NCBI GenBank assembly: GCA_030635365.1
Contig: DAOVYZ010000001.1
Location: 1-35,622 of the forward strand
Reading direction: 5' to 3'
Source: Bacteroidales bacterium
Lineage (GTDB): Bacteria > Bacteroidota > Bacteroidia > Bacteroidales > UBA12077
DNA length: 35,622 bases
Shown here piece after piece: positions 1-8,283 of the stretch. How positions within the stretch are numbered: the stretch's first letter is position 1; every line of letters begins with the position of its first letter. The notes beneath the pieces were generated by a model, which made no database searches, had not been told where the DNA came from, and saw nothing but the letters and a program-made list of their open reading frames with translations. The position numbers and the translations under genes were made by a program.

Positions 1-141
1 AACAAAAGAAGGCCGGGAGGAGTATGCCCGGTTAAATGAAGAATTAGGTGAAACAAATACCCAAATCAATGAACAACGCCTAGCATTTAATGATAGTACT
101 AAGAATATAGGCAAATACAAAGATTCCTTAAAAGGTGCTGA
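1..141. repeat. Terminal direct repeat, copy 1. It is identical to 35482-35622 and is most likely the assembly overlap of a circular or circularly permuted genome.
   Basis: I compared it base by base with the last 141 nt of the window and found 141/141 identity. The repeat lies inside a continuous ORF. Confidence 0.95.
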
Positions 142-2476
142 AAGTGGAACTAATTCATTAAGTAAATCATTTAAAGCATTATTAGCTAATCCTGTTGTTT
201 TAATTTTGGCCTTAATTACGGGAGCCTTGGCTGCTCTTTTTGGTGCTTTCAAGAAATCTGAAAACGGGGCTAAGTTATTAGAGAAAGCAACTGCAGGATT
301 GAATGGTTTAATGATGATCTTAACAAGGGTAATGAATACTTTAGCTAAAGCCCTTACAAAAGCTTTTGAAGACCCTAAACAAGCTGTAATTGATTTATGG
401 GAGGCAATTAAAAAGAATTTGGTTAATAGGGTTGAGGGACTTATAAGACTTTTCAAAGCCCTTATAGATATAGACTTTTCAAACTTAAAAAAATCAGCAA
501 AAGAAGTTGCCAGCGCATTTGTGCAGGTTTCAACTGGTCTTGATGAAGAACAACAAAAAAAGATAGCAAAAGGTTTTGCAGATATAGCAAAAGAGGCTGC
601 TATTTTGGCTCAAAAAATGGCTGATTTGGCAGCGTCTCAAAGGGCTTTAAGGGCACAAAGCAGGATATTAGAAAAAGATATTGCTGTTTTAAATGCAGAA
701 TTTGAAATGCTTGGTGAAATTGCCGGAGATGATACCCGGAATATGGAAGAAATGAGACAGGCCGCCATTGATGCCGGGGCGGCTGCCGCTGAATTAGCAC
801 AAAAACAAGAGAAATTAGCACAAATAAGATTAAACACAATTAATCAGGAGGTTGCCGTTCGCAGGAGTGCCGGTGAAGATATACAAGATCTTTTAGATAA
901 ACAGGCTGATGCTGAAGTTGCATTAACAGAGGCCAGATCACAGGCGGCAATTGCTCAGCAAAAAATACTTATTGAACAGAGAAAAATAGAACGTGATATT
1001 TTTGAGCAAAATCTTGACATCCTTTTAGATGTTGGGGACAAAATTAAAACAGAGCAGGAAAAAGCAATTGCAAACGAAAGCTTTTCACTTGAAAAAAGAA
1101 AGCGATTATTAGAAGCCTCAAAAGTTGCATTAACGGCCAACTTTGACGAAATAAAAAAGGAATATGAATTGTACGGGGTTACAGCCGAACAAATAAATGA
1201 TGTCATTAACGCCAGCGATGCAAAACAAGCCAATGAAAAATTAAAAGCATTAGGTTTAAATGAAATTGCAATAAATAGATTGCGCGAAATCATCCTGGAA
1301 AGAAAACAAGCTGAATTAGATTTCAATGATTTATCAAAAGATTTAAGTGATGAAGAAATTGAAAGAAAAAAAGCCGCAAACGAAACAATACAAGAAATCA
1401 ATGAAGAGGCTGCTTTATCTCAAATTGAAAACGCTGAAGAGCTAAGGGATAAACTAATTGAATTTGAGGAGGCTCGTCTTCAATTATTATTAGAAGATGA
1501 AACGCTAATTGCTGAAGAAAGGCAGGCTATTATTTTAGAATCAGAAGAAAAGATTCGTGAAATAGAACAAATATTTGCAGATGAAAAAGAAGAAGACGAA
1601 GAAGACAGATTAGAAAAAAGAAAACAATTACTTGAAGGTTTCTTCTCTGATCTTATCCAAATTACCGGACGTTTCGCAGGTGATGAGATTGCTATATTTA
1701 GTAGGATAGCTGCCGGTATTGCCAAGGCTTTTGAAGATGGTAAAATCACAGCAGAAAACGCATTGGCCGGTATTTCTTTAATCTCAAATGCTGTATTTGA
1801 TAATTTATCTCAAAGAAGGGCACAAGATTTAACAGAAAACGAAGCGGCCAGACAAAAAGAATTAGAACTTGCAGAGGGTAATGCTCAGGCTCAAGATGAA
1901 ATAAATGAATTTTTTGATAAAAAGAATGCTGCCTTAAAATTAAAACAATTCAATTCAGACAAAGCAAGGGCGTTAGTAGATATTGCAATTGCTACGGCAG
2001 TGGCAGTCGTTAAAGCTTTGCCAAATATACCATTATCTATAATAGTGGGAGGCTTTGGATTAGCTCAAGGGCTAATAGTTGCATCAAAAAAGCCACCTAA
2101 ATTTGAAAAAGGTACCAGTGATATAGTAGGTATTGGAGACTCTCACGCTTCAGGAAATGATACAGATGTTTGGGGTTTTTCTGGTAACAAAAAACAGTAT
2201 TTTGGTAAAGTAGAACGTGGTGAAGCAATGCCAGTTATTCGTAAAAGTGCTGTGAATGATTATATGATAGCAAAGTTAAACGGACGTTTTAGTGGTAGAG
2301 GTCGGACTTTTCAGGATGGAACGCCAGATATTACTAACCAGGAAACACAAAACAATGAAGTTTTTGTATCTAATTTAGTTGATGCTTTTTCTAATATTCA
2401 AATTGTCGCAAAGATTGAAGACATTACCAAAGAAGCCGGGAAAAAGATTGAGATTGTTGATAATTCTAAGGTTTAA
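2..2476 (+). CDS. Tail tape measure protein, C-terminal part. It continues from 35078-35481 across the circular junction, giving 959 aa in total.
   Basis: The frame of ORF 206-2476 stays open back to nt 2 and is in phase with the ATG at 35078 once the 141-nt overlap is collapsed. The protein has long A/E/K/Q-rich coiled-coil sequence, a Gly/Ala/Val-rich hydrophobic stretch (ALVDIAIATAVAVVKALPNIPLSIIVGGFGLAQGLIVA), and is the largest ORF. The TTG start at 206 in the track is an artefact of the window edge. Confidence 0.85.
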   Translation, partial: TKEGREEYARLNEELGETNTQINEQRLAFNDSTKNIGKYKDSLKGAESGTNSLSKSFKALLANPVVLILALITGALAALFGAFKKSENGAKLLEKATAGLNGLMMILTRVMNTLAKALTKAFEDPKQAVIDLWEAIKKNLVNRVEGLIRLFKALIDIDFSNLKKSAKEVASAFVQVSTGLDEEQQKKIAKGFADIAKEAAILAQKMADLAASQRALRAQSRILEKDIAVLNAEFEMLGEIAGDDTRNMEEMRQAAIDAGAAAAELAQKQEKLAQIRLNTINQEVAVRRSAGEDIQDLLDKQADAEVALTEARSQAAIAQQKILIEQRKIERDIFEQNLDILLDVGDKIKTEQEKAIANESFSLEKRKRLLEASKVALTANFDEIKKEYELYGVTAEQINDVINASDAKQANEKLKALGLNEIAINRLREIILERKQAELDFNDLSKDLSDEEIERKKAANETIQEINEEAALSQIENAEELRDKLIEFEEARLQLLLEDETLIAEERQAIILESEEKIREIEQIFADEKEEDEEDRLEKRKQLLEGFFSDLIQITGRFAGDEIAIFSRIAAGIAKAFEDGKITAENALAGISLISNAVFDNLSQRRAQDLTENEAARQKELELAEGNAQAQDEINEFFDKKNAALKLKQFNSDKARALVDIAIATAVAVVKALPNIPLSIIVGGFGLAQGLIVASKKPPKFEKGTSDIVGIGDSHASGNDTDVWGFSGNKKQYFGKVERGEAMPVIRKSAVNDYMIAKLNGRFSGRGRTFQDGTPDITNQETQNNEVFVSNLVDAFSNIQIVAKIEDITKEAGKKIEIVDNSKV

Positions 2477-2793
2477 TATAATTTATTATAAATTGTATTT
2501 ATCTTTTCATTAGAAAGAAATTGGTGTTTAAATGTGTGTTTTTTAAATAATTCACCAAGTATTTTTATACTATCTTTTTCACTTTTTAATGCCATTCTTA
2601 CAAAAGAATCAAATAAATTAAATGTTCTATCCAAAATGACTTTGACCTCCCTATTTGTCATTGTTTGCGTTATTTTGCTTTTATAATAATCTTCGCATTT
2701 TTTGCAAAGTATTTGATTCAGTTCTTGTATATTTTGAGGGGTAGATAATTCTGATTGTTCGCATATTTTTAATAATTCATCATCTAAAAACAT
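2473..2793 (-). CDS. Hypothetical protein, 106 aa. It is the last gene of the minus-strand cassette.
   Basis: Clean ORF with an ATG start, 13 nt downstream of the HTH gene on the same strand. Its stop codon overlaps the tape measure stop in a shared TTAA (2473-2476). The sequence looks all-helical. I recognise no family. Confidence 0.6.
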   Translation of the reverse strand: MFLDDELLKICEQSELSTPQNIQELNQILCKKCEDYYKSKITQTMTNREVKVILDRTFNLFDSFVRMALKSEKDSIKILGELFKKHTFKHQFLSNEKINTIYNKLY

Positions 2794-2806
2794 AATTATT
2801 TATTTA

Positions 2807-2995
2807 TTAAACCAAATATTTCTTTCTAAACTCTTCTAAATCATCCTGTTTAATTCTATATTCAGTACGCAAACCATGTTTGACCTGAATAGCTTTGAGC
2901 TTTTCTTTTTGTTTGCCTACTCCGTTGCGTATATAGTTACGTACAGCTCCCGGACATACATATAATTTATTGGCGGCTTCTTTAACTGTCAACAT
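2807..2995 (-). CDS. Small HTH DNA-binding protein of the excisionase/MerR-like HTH_17 type.
   Basis: MLTVKEAANKLYVCPGAVRNYIRNG ... YRIKQDDLEEFRKKY matches the excisionase-family pattern: LT..EAA..L.vs...v...i..G, then a beta hairpin, then dl..f. It is 62 aa. Confidence 0.65.
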   Translation of the reverse strand: MLTVKEAANKLYVCPGAVRNYIRNGVGKQKEKLKAIQVKHGLRTEYRIKQDDLEEFRKKYLV

Positions 2996-3001
2996 ATTAT
3001 C

Positions 3002-3265
3002 TTAATTTGTTGAATAATAAGACATTTTAATTAAATCATGAATTGTTATTTTCTTAACTCCTTTATGTTTATTATACCATTTAATATAATCATTATTCAC
3101 AACTGTCAATTTAGTATCCGACAATGGCACAACATGATATCTTTTTTTAGTCATTTTGTGCAATTTATTTGCTTTGCGCTTCATTTTCCAAAAGTTATAA
3201 TAATTCAAAAGAGAATTAATTTCAAAAATAATCGAAGCTTTAATTTTGTTAAATACGTTTTTCAT
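3002..3265 (-). CDS. Hypothetical basic protein, 87 aa. It is the first gene of the minus-strand cassette.
   Basis: ORF with an ATG at 3265. It is K/R/H-rich. A TAAGTTTG box lies 4 nt upstream on the minus strand. I recognise no family. Confidence 0.55.
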   Translation of the reverse strand: MKNVFNKIKASIIFEINSLLNYYNFWKMKRKANKLHKMTKKRYHVVPLSDTKLTVVNNDYIKWYNKHKGVKKITIHDLIKMSYYSTN

Positions 3266-3269
3266 TCCA

Positions 3270-3277
3270 CAAACTTA
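3270..3277 (-). promoter_or_regulatory. Candidate Bacteroidota-type -7 promoter box (TAAGTTTG on the minus strand) for the minus-strand cassette. The transcript may be leaderless.
   Basis: The plus strand reads CAAACTTA, which is TAnnTTTG on the minus strand. The motif ends 4 nt before the ATG at 3265. Confidence 0.3.
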
Positions 3278-3286
3278 CGCAAAAAA

Positions 3287-3310
3287 TACATAAAAAGCAA
3301 AATTTATGTA
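3287..3310. promoter_or_regulatory. Perfect 8-bp inverted repeat, TACATAAA-N8-TTTATGTA, in the divergent intergenic region. It is a candidate operator.
   Basis: Read directly: 3287-3294 is TACATAAA and 3303-3310 is TTTATGTA, its reverse complement. It sits between the divergently transcribed cassette and the head operon. Confidence 0.35.
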
Positions 3311-3360
3311 ATGTACGTATTGATTTATATAATTCGCTTTGATATAGTTTTTATCTATAT

Positions 3361-3368
3361 TACTTTTG
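3361..3368 (+). promoter_or_regulatory. Candidate -7 promoter box (TACTTTTG) upstream of the head operon.
   Basis: It matches TAnnTTTG and lies 16 nt upstream of the ATG at 3384. Confidence 0.3.
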
Positions 3369-3383
3369 ATAAAAAATAAATTA

Positions 3384-4511
3384 ATGCCGAAACCCATTCT
3401 ATTATATACGGATATTTGGTCGCAATCTGCAAAAGATTTCACAGATCAGATATTGGAAACTCCAGAAAATGAAGCTATTGAAATATGGATGAACAGCCCC
3501 GGAGGCTCTGTTACGGCTGGATGGGCTATGATTGCAGCATTGAGCGAACATAAAAATGATGTTAATATTTCTGTAATGGGTGACGCTTCGTCAATGGCTT
3601 TTTTCATGCTACTTTTTGCTGATAATGTATTAGCTTATGATACTTCCAATTTTTTAGTTCACAGGGCATCGAGTTGGTTTGAAGATATTGCAGAAGAGTT
3701 TAAAAAGGATATTGAAAATCGTAATAAATTAATTCGTAAAAAATTAGAGGCTAGAATTGATGAAGAAAAATTTAAAAAAGTAACCGGAAAAACATTTGAT
3801 GATATTTTTGATATGGAAAATAGATTAGATGTTCGATTGACAGCTAAAGAAGCTAAAAAAATTGGCTTAGTTGACAAAGTTATAAAGCTTGATGTAAAGA
3901 AAAGAACAGAAATAGAAAGCCGTTATTTTAATGATATTGCGGCTCTAGCAACACCAAATACTAATTCAAAATCAAATAAAATGAGAATACTAAGCAAAGC
4001 GTTTGGTAAAGATGATCCGGTACTTTTGGCCACAATTGATGATTCTCAATTTGCTTATAGTAAATTAGAAAAAGGAGAATTAATTAAAGCCATTGGTGAA
4101 GGTGATCATAAGCCAATCTCTGGCACATTTGAGGCCAAAGATAAAATAATTACTGTTGTAGATAATAAAATTACAGCGGTGGAGGACATTGATAATAAGC
4201 AAATTCAGCTTGATAAACTGACCGAGCAAGTAACTGCGTTATCTGAGGCCGTTTCTAAAATTGGTGAAAAAGAACCAAAAAAAGAAGTAGCTGAAGATGA
4301 AAACCAAAAGCGGATTAATGCATTGACTAAACAAATTACTGATTTAACCGCTGTTTTGGATAAAGCAAAAATTACAAAGTCTGATCCTGATTTACCGGCG
4401 GGTGAATTTAAAGATGATATTGAGATTGAAGATGAACGCGATCTTCGTGAAAAATTGGTTGCACAACAAAACGAAAGCCATGAGGCAAAAATTAAATCAA
4501 GGGGGGCATAA
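3384..4511 (+). CDS. Prohead (head maturation) serine protease of the ClpP/S14 family, fused to a C-terminal scaffold-like coiled-coil region.
   Basis: The motifs MNSPGGSVTAG, GDASSMAF (catalytic Ser context) and FLVHRAS (His context) occur in ClpP-like order and spacing. The C-terminal ~190 aa are K/E/D-rich and helical. It sits directly upstream of the capsid gene. I prefer the ATG at 3384 over the TTG at 3366 used by the track. Confidence 0.8.
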   Translation: MPKPILLYTDIWSQSAKDFTDQILETPENEAIEIWMNSPGGSVTAGWAMIAALSEHKNDVNISVMGDASSMAFFMLLFADNVLAYDTSNFLVHRASSWFEDIAEEFKKDIENRNKLIRKKLEARIDEEKFKKVTGKTFDDIFDMENRLDVRLTAKEAKKIGLVDKVIKLDVKKRTEIESRYFNDIAALATPNTNSKSNKMRILSKAFGKDDPVLLATIDDSQFAYSKLEKGELIKAIGEGDHKPISGTFEAKDKIITVVDNKITAVEDIDNKQIQLDKLTEQVTALSEAVSKIGEKEPKKEVAEDENQKRINALTKQITDLTAVLDKAKITKSDPDLPAGEFKDDIEIEDERDLREKLVAQQNESHEAKIKSRGA

Positions 4512-4514
4512 AAA

Positions 4515-5465
4515 ATGGCTATAACAGTAACAAGTACGAACTATAACGGCGAATTAAATGAATTTCTATATAAAGTCATGGGTCTTGGTGCCCAGACAGC
4601 TATGAAAGGAGGTTATCATTTAATACCGGGCGTTAACATGAAAGAACAGCTTGACAAGCTGATTACCACTGAAGACCCTTTTACGGATTACACAGATGAT
4701 ACTCCGTCAACAGGTGAAAATGCCAATACTAAATCTAAACGGGAATTAAGCCCTCTTAAATTTACAGTTTGGGGCTCAATTACTCCGTCAGTTTGGTTAC
4801 CAGTTTGGAGAAGGTACAGAAGTCAAGGGACTTTAACTCAATTAAGTGCTAACCCTCAGTTTTTGGCCGATGTTTTTGATCTGGTTAAAAACTCAAGTGC
4901 CAGGCAGCTTGATAAATTATTCTGGCAAGGTGATGTCGGTGCAGGAGGTTCTTCTCCTTTACGTTTCTTTGATGGTGTCATCAAGAAAATTGAAGCTGAT
5001 AGTGACACCGATGTAACATTTGTGACTCCTGCCGGTACAATTGTAAAGGCAAATGTAGTTGCAATTTTGGAAGCTTTTTACGCTGCAATTCCTGATAAGT
5101 TTTTTGATGATCCTGATTTCAAAATTCACATGAATACAGGCGATTTTAAATTATTGCAATTCTTTAATAACGATGCGAAAAAAACAACGGTGGGTGTTCT
5201 TAATGAGACTATTCAGCGTCTTTTCTTAGAAAAAAGAATTGAGCATTTTACCAATTTACCAGCCTCCAGAATTGTTGGGGCTAAGACTTTAAGCGGTGAA
5301 AGTTCAAACTTAGTTCTTGGAATGTATGCAAGTTTAGAGGACGAAATTATGGGTATGAAGATTGAGAAAAAAGACCTTTCAAATATTACCCGTTATCGTT
5401 TTGACGGCATGGCAGATGCACAATACAGATATGGTGGGGACATCGTTTATTATAAACCAGTTTAA
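4515..5465 (+). CDS. Major capsid protein, probably HK97 fold.
   Basis: It starts 4 nt after the protease/scaffold gene and is 316 aa. It has a G-rich pre-start region and a Met-Ala start. The segment ARQLDKLFWQGDVGAG resembles the conserved capsid-family region, from memory. Confidence 0.65.
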   Translation: MAITVTSTNYNGELNEFLYKVMGLGAQTAMKGGYHLIPGVNMKEQLDKLITTEDPFTDYTDDTPSTGENANTKSKRELSPLKFTVWGSITPSVWLPVWRRYRSQGTLTQLSANPQFLADVFDLVKNSSARQLDKLFWQGDVGAGGSSPLRFFDGVIKKIEADSDTDVTFVTPAGTIVKANVVAILEAFYAAIPDKFFDDPDFKIHMNTGDFKLLQFFNNDAKKTTVGVLNETIQRLFLEKRIEHFTNLPASRIVGAKTLSGESSNLVLGMYASLEDEIMGMKIEKKDLSNITRYRFDGMADAQYRYGGDIVYYKPV

Positions 5466-5466
5466 T

Positions 5467-5474
5467 AAGGAGGT
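5467..5474 (+). promoter_or_regulatory. Strong Shine-Dalgarno site (AAGGAGGT).
   Basis: A perfect 8-nt SD sits 6 nt upstream of the ATG at 5481. It is one of very few SD sites in this genome. Confidence 0.7.
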
Positions 5475-5480
5475 TTAATT

Positions 5481-5840
5481 ATGGCTTTTAGAAATCAAAA
5501 TTTTGCTTCACAGCTAATTACAGATACGGCAACGGTATATATTACATTGCTTAAAAATCTGGAAAGTATATTTGAGGGGTCTTTACAATTTACAGTAACC
5601 CCGACAAACGCAACCGGAACTTTTGATGTTGACGCTCAATTACAGGGTTCGAATAGTTCAGACTTTTCAACCGGTGTTATCAATTTAGGTTCACCCGTTG
5701 CATTAACTGACACAGTTACAAGTGTTGTTGCATTATCAGGTACTTTGCTTGCTTATGCTTATTACAGGGTTGCAATAACAGGCGCAGACACACAAACTAC
5801 TAACGTAATCGGCACGGTTACAATGAAAGGGAGGAGTTAA
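5481..5840 (+). CDS. Probably abundant virion protein of unknown role, 119 aa. A decoration or connector role is possible.
   Basis: It has a perfect SD and a Met-Ala start. The sequence is T/S/G/V-rich and beta-type. It lies between the capsid gene and the tube-like gene. Confidence 0.5.
   Translation: MAFRNQNFASQLITDTATVYITLLKNLESIFEGSLQFTVTPTNATGTFDVDAQLQGSNSSDFSTGVINLGSPVALTDTVTSVVALSGTLLAYAYYRVAITGADTQTTNVIGTVTMKGRS
5829..5836 (+). promoter_or_regulatory. Shine-Dalgarno site (GGGAGGAG).
   Basis: It lies 6 nt upstream of the ATG at 5843. Confidence 0.6.
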
Positions 5841-5842
5841 AT

Positions 5843-6430
5843 ATGGCAAATTGTATAATTAGTACAGAATCGCTTTTTGATTGTGCAAATCCGCCTATCG
5901 GAGGAGTCCAAAACTTTGTCATGCTCTACAATTATACAGAGTGGAGGGCTATGGTTGACAGCGGCACAAATGTAACACGTGATGCAGATGGAACTATTAG
6001 TGGTATAACTAATGCAGTCGGTGTTCAGGCTTATCGCTTTGATATTCCTGACGAAACAGCCCTTGTATTAGGTTCACCAAACAGAGAGGTCGATGGTGGT
6101 ATTGATGGTTTTGATCATACTTGTAATATGTCGGTATTGGATACAAAACAGGCGAAGAAAAACGCTGTGAGGGCAATGACATTTGAAAAGGTTGTTGCTG
6201 TTGTATACCGAAAGAACGGCACGGGCGAAGTGTACGGAGACGAACAGGGATTAAAACCAACAACTAATACTTATAATCCAAATGATCCAAGTGTGGGTTC
6301 TGTAATACCTATTCAATTAGCAACTTCAACCAGAACAGCAGCAGAAAACAAAATGCCGGCTGATATATTCGACACTGATATTTCAACCACTAAGGCACTT
6401 GTTGAAGGTCTTAATGTTGTGGGTGTTTAA
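5843..6430 (+). CDS. Candidate major tail tube-like protein, 195 aa.
   Basis: It has a strong SD. Its N-terminus MANCI is shared with ORF 24470. The layout G..Y/F.h then F.. then a ~20-aa loop then vv....nG.GevyG..qGL resembles the tail-tube fold by pattern only. Confidence 0.35.
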   Translation: MANCIISTESLFDCANPPIGGVQNFVMLYNYTEWRAMVDSGTNVTRDADGTISGITNAVGVQAYRFDIPDETALVLGSPNREVDGGIDGFDHTCNMSVLDTKQAKKNAVRAMTFEKVVAVVYRKNGTGEVYGDEQGLKPTTNTYNPNDPSVGSVIPIQLATSTRTAAENKMPADIFDTDISTTKALVEGLNVVGV

Positions 6431-6447
6431 TCTTAAATTTGTAAATT

Positions 6448-6681
6448 ATGGCAAAGGGAAAAAATGGTACCACTAAAAAGGTAGATACGCAAAAAACAAC
6501 TGAAACAAAAACAGTTGAAAAAAAGTTTAAGCATAAAGTAAAAATTGATTGTGGATTTAAATCAAGAAACTATTACATAAATACTAGAAATGTTTTACTT
6601 ATTGCAGGGAAAGGAATTGATGAAGATGATTACAATTGTTTCTCAGAAGCTGCAAAAGAAAAATATTTTACAACTACTTAA
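6448..6681 (+). CDS. Hypothetical Lys-rich protein, 77 aa.
   Basis: ORF with a Met-Ala start. It is followed by a strong terminator. Confidence 0.5.
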   Translation: MAKGKNGTTKKVDTQKTTETKTVEKKFKHKVKIDCGFKSRNYYINTRNVLLIAGKGIDEDDYNCFSEAAKEKYFTTT

Positions 6682-6710
6682 TTGTTTTTTTTCAATAGCT
6701 TTATTTATTA

Positions 6711-6741
6711 GCCCGTCCGGTCAATTCGGGCGGGCTTTTTT
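6711..6741 (+). terminator. Rho-independent terminator.
   Basis: GCCCGTCCG (6711-6719) pairs with CGGGCGGGC (6727-6735), giving 9 bp with one G-U pair. A T6 run follows. Confidence 0.8.
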
Positions 6742-6755
6742 AATATAAAAATATT

Positions 6756-8267
6756 ATGTCTAACGATTTAAAAGGCACATTACCAGATAGTAGTGCAGAC
6801 AATGACGAAAGAAAACCGCAAATACAAGTAAATTCTCTTGATTTTTTGGTGTCTGTTGACAGGTTGGCTATATTTAGAAGCAATGCACAAGGCATTTATC
6901 TTTATGGTGCTGATAACAATTATCCACGTAAAATAATGCAATCAGCAGACCGGAGCAGTTCACTTGTTACAGTCCGAAATAAGCAAGCGCAATTCGTACA
7001 AGGTTTAGGTTTTCCGGGTGCTACTGCAATGGATGTAAAAAATGACACGGCTGTTGTAATTAATTCAAAAGGACAAACGGCTTATGATCTATTAAAATTT
7101 TGTGCAGAACAAAAGGCCAATATCAATATAGCTATTCATGTAAATTATAATGTACTTGGTGAGGCTGTTGAATTTAATCTAATCCAATATGATTTTGTCA
7201 GGCGTAAAATGCCCAGGACAAAAGAAAAATTCACACGTTATATAATTACTAACATTTGGCATTTAGAAAATGATTACACTGGTTTTGGCTATGCTGCTAA
7301 ATTAATGGAGTTCAATAAATGGGTGCATAAAAAAGAAACTAAACTTAGTTTTATTGCCCTTGAGGTTTTCGATTATAATCCTAACCCTTTGATTGTTCGT
7401 GAACAAATTGAAATATCCGGAGGCATTGAAAATTATCCAGGTCAATTGTTCTATATGAAAAGAACTGAGGACGTTTATCAGAAAGCATTATATGATAGTG
7501 TTGCCGATGATTTTCAGTTTTTAGCAGAAAGCAAATTAGCAAGTTTAAGTAATATTCAAAACGGATACGCAGCCGGGGGCATTTTTAAGCATTTCGGAAA
7601 TCTTGCTGGCACAAAAGAACTTAAAGAATTAAAGGGTAAAATTCATAATGTTACGGGTGCTGAAAATTATGGTCGAACAATTGCAATTGAAGTACCTCAA
7701 AGCGCAGATATGAAGATTCCGGCAAGAATGTTTGAGCCTACCCAAATGCAAAACATTGATAAACTTTATCCTGAACAAAAAAAGGATTCAAAAGAAAATC
7801 TAAAAAGTCTTTATACAATTCCAAATTCTCTAATTGGTAAGGATACAGAAGGCAATTTTGCAACTCAGAAAATGCAAGAGGCGTTTGATTTTTATAATAG
7901 TGTTACTGAACCGTTAAGGCAAGAACTCGAAATTGAATTAACAACATTGTTTAAAAATTCGATTTTTGCAAATCAAATTACCTTGCCTATTGAGATAATT
8001 CCAATTCAGTATATTAGCAGAACAATTGTTGATGATGATGAAAACGAAGCAATAAGAGCTGAAAGCCAGGCAAGATTAAAAGGTACTGTCGGAGGCGTTC
8101 AGGGTGTTTTACAGATACAAACATCAGTGAGTCAAGGAACCACTCAACATGAAGCCGGAATTGAGATACTTAAAGATATTTACGGATATGGTGATGAACA
8201 GGCCAGGAAAATTCTTGGTGATCCAATAGACTTGACTCCTGAAGATTCAGAAACAGTAACAGAATAA
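6756..8267 (+). CDS. Portal protein.
   Basis: It is 503 aa. The region LKSLYTIPNSLIGKDTEGNFATQKMQEAFDFYNSVTEPLRQELEIELTTLF matches the conserved portal pattern: fgvP..llg......s.......f...t..P....le..l. It has an acidic C-terminus and sits in the head module. Confidence 0.65.
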   Translation: MSNDLKGTLPDSSADNDERKPQIQVNSLDFLVSVDRLAIFRSNAQGIYLYGADNNYPRKIMQSADRSSSLVTVRNKQAQFVQGLGFPGATAMDVKNDTAVVINSKGQTAYDLLKFCAEQKANINIAIHVNYNVLGEAVEFNLIQYDFVRRKMPRTKEKFTRYIITNIWHLENDYTGFGYAAKLMEFNKWVHKKETKLSFIALEVFDYNPNPLIVREQIEISGGIENYPGQLFYMKRTEDVYQKALYDSVADDFQFLAESKLASLSNIQNGYAAGGIFKHFGNLAGTKELKELKGKIHNVTGAENYGRTIAIEVPQSADMKIPARMFEPTQMQNIDKLYPEQKKDSKENLKSLYTIPNSLIGKDTEGNFATQKMQEAFDFYNSVTEPLRQELEIELTTLFKNSIFANQITLPIEIIPIQYISRTIVDDDENEAIRAESQARLKGTVGGVQGVLQIQTSVSQGTTQHEAGIEILKDIYGYGDEQARKILGDPIDLTPEDSETVTE

Positions 8268-8283
8268 ACAAATACTAAAGAAG

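Noticed and set aside
206-208. The TTG start assigned by the track to the 756-aa ORF.
   Set aside because: The frame is open to nt 2 and continues in phase from the ATG at 35078 through the 141-nt overlap. The TTG is only the first permissible start after the window edge.
600-1749. Minus-strand ORFs in the track inside the tape measure gene (600-839, 637-837, 955-1401, 1480-1749).
   Set aside because: They lie fully inside a long, well-supported + strand coiled-coil ORF. Their products are low-complexity and S/F/I/L-rich, as expected when the antisense of GAA/AAA-rich codons is read. I treat them as shadow ORFs.
3038-3379. Plus-strand 113-aa ORF overlapping the minus-strand gene 3002-3265.
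   Set aside because: Its product is I/F/N-rich and low-complexity (MNCYFLNSFMFIIPFNIIIIHN...). It has no start context and runs through the divergent promoter region. The antisense 87-aa ORF forms a coherent three-gene operon, so this one is a shadow.
6920-6928. TTATCCACG, an 8/9 match to the DnaA box, inside the portal gene, considered as a target of the DnaA domain-IV protein.
   Set aside because: It is a single imperfect match inside a coding region, which is expected by chance in 35 kb on two strands. I saw no cluster of boxes. A systematic scan is still needed.
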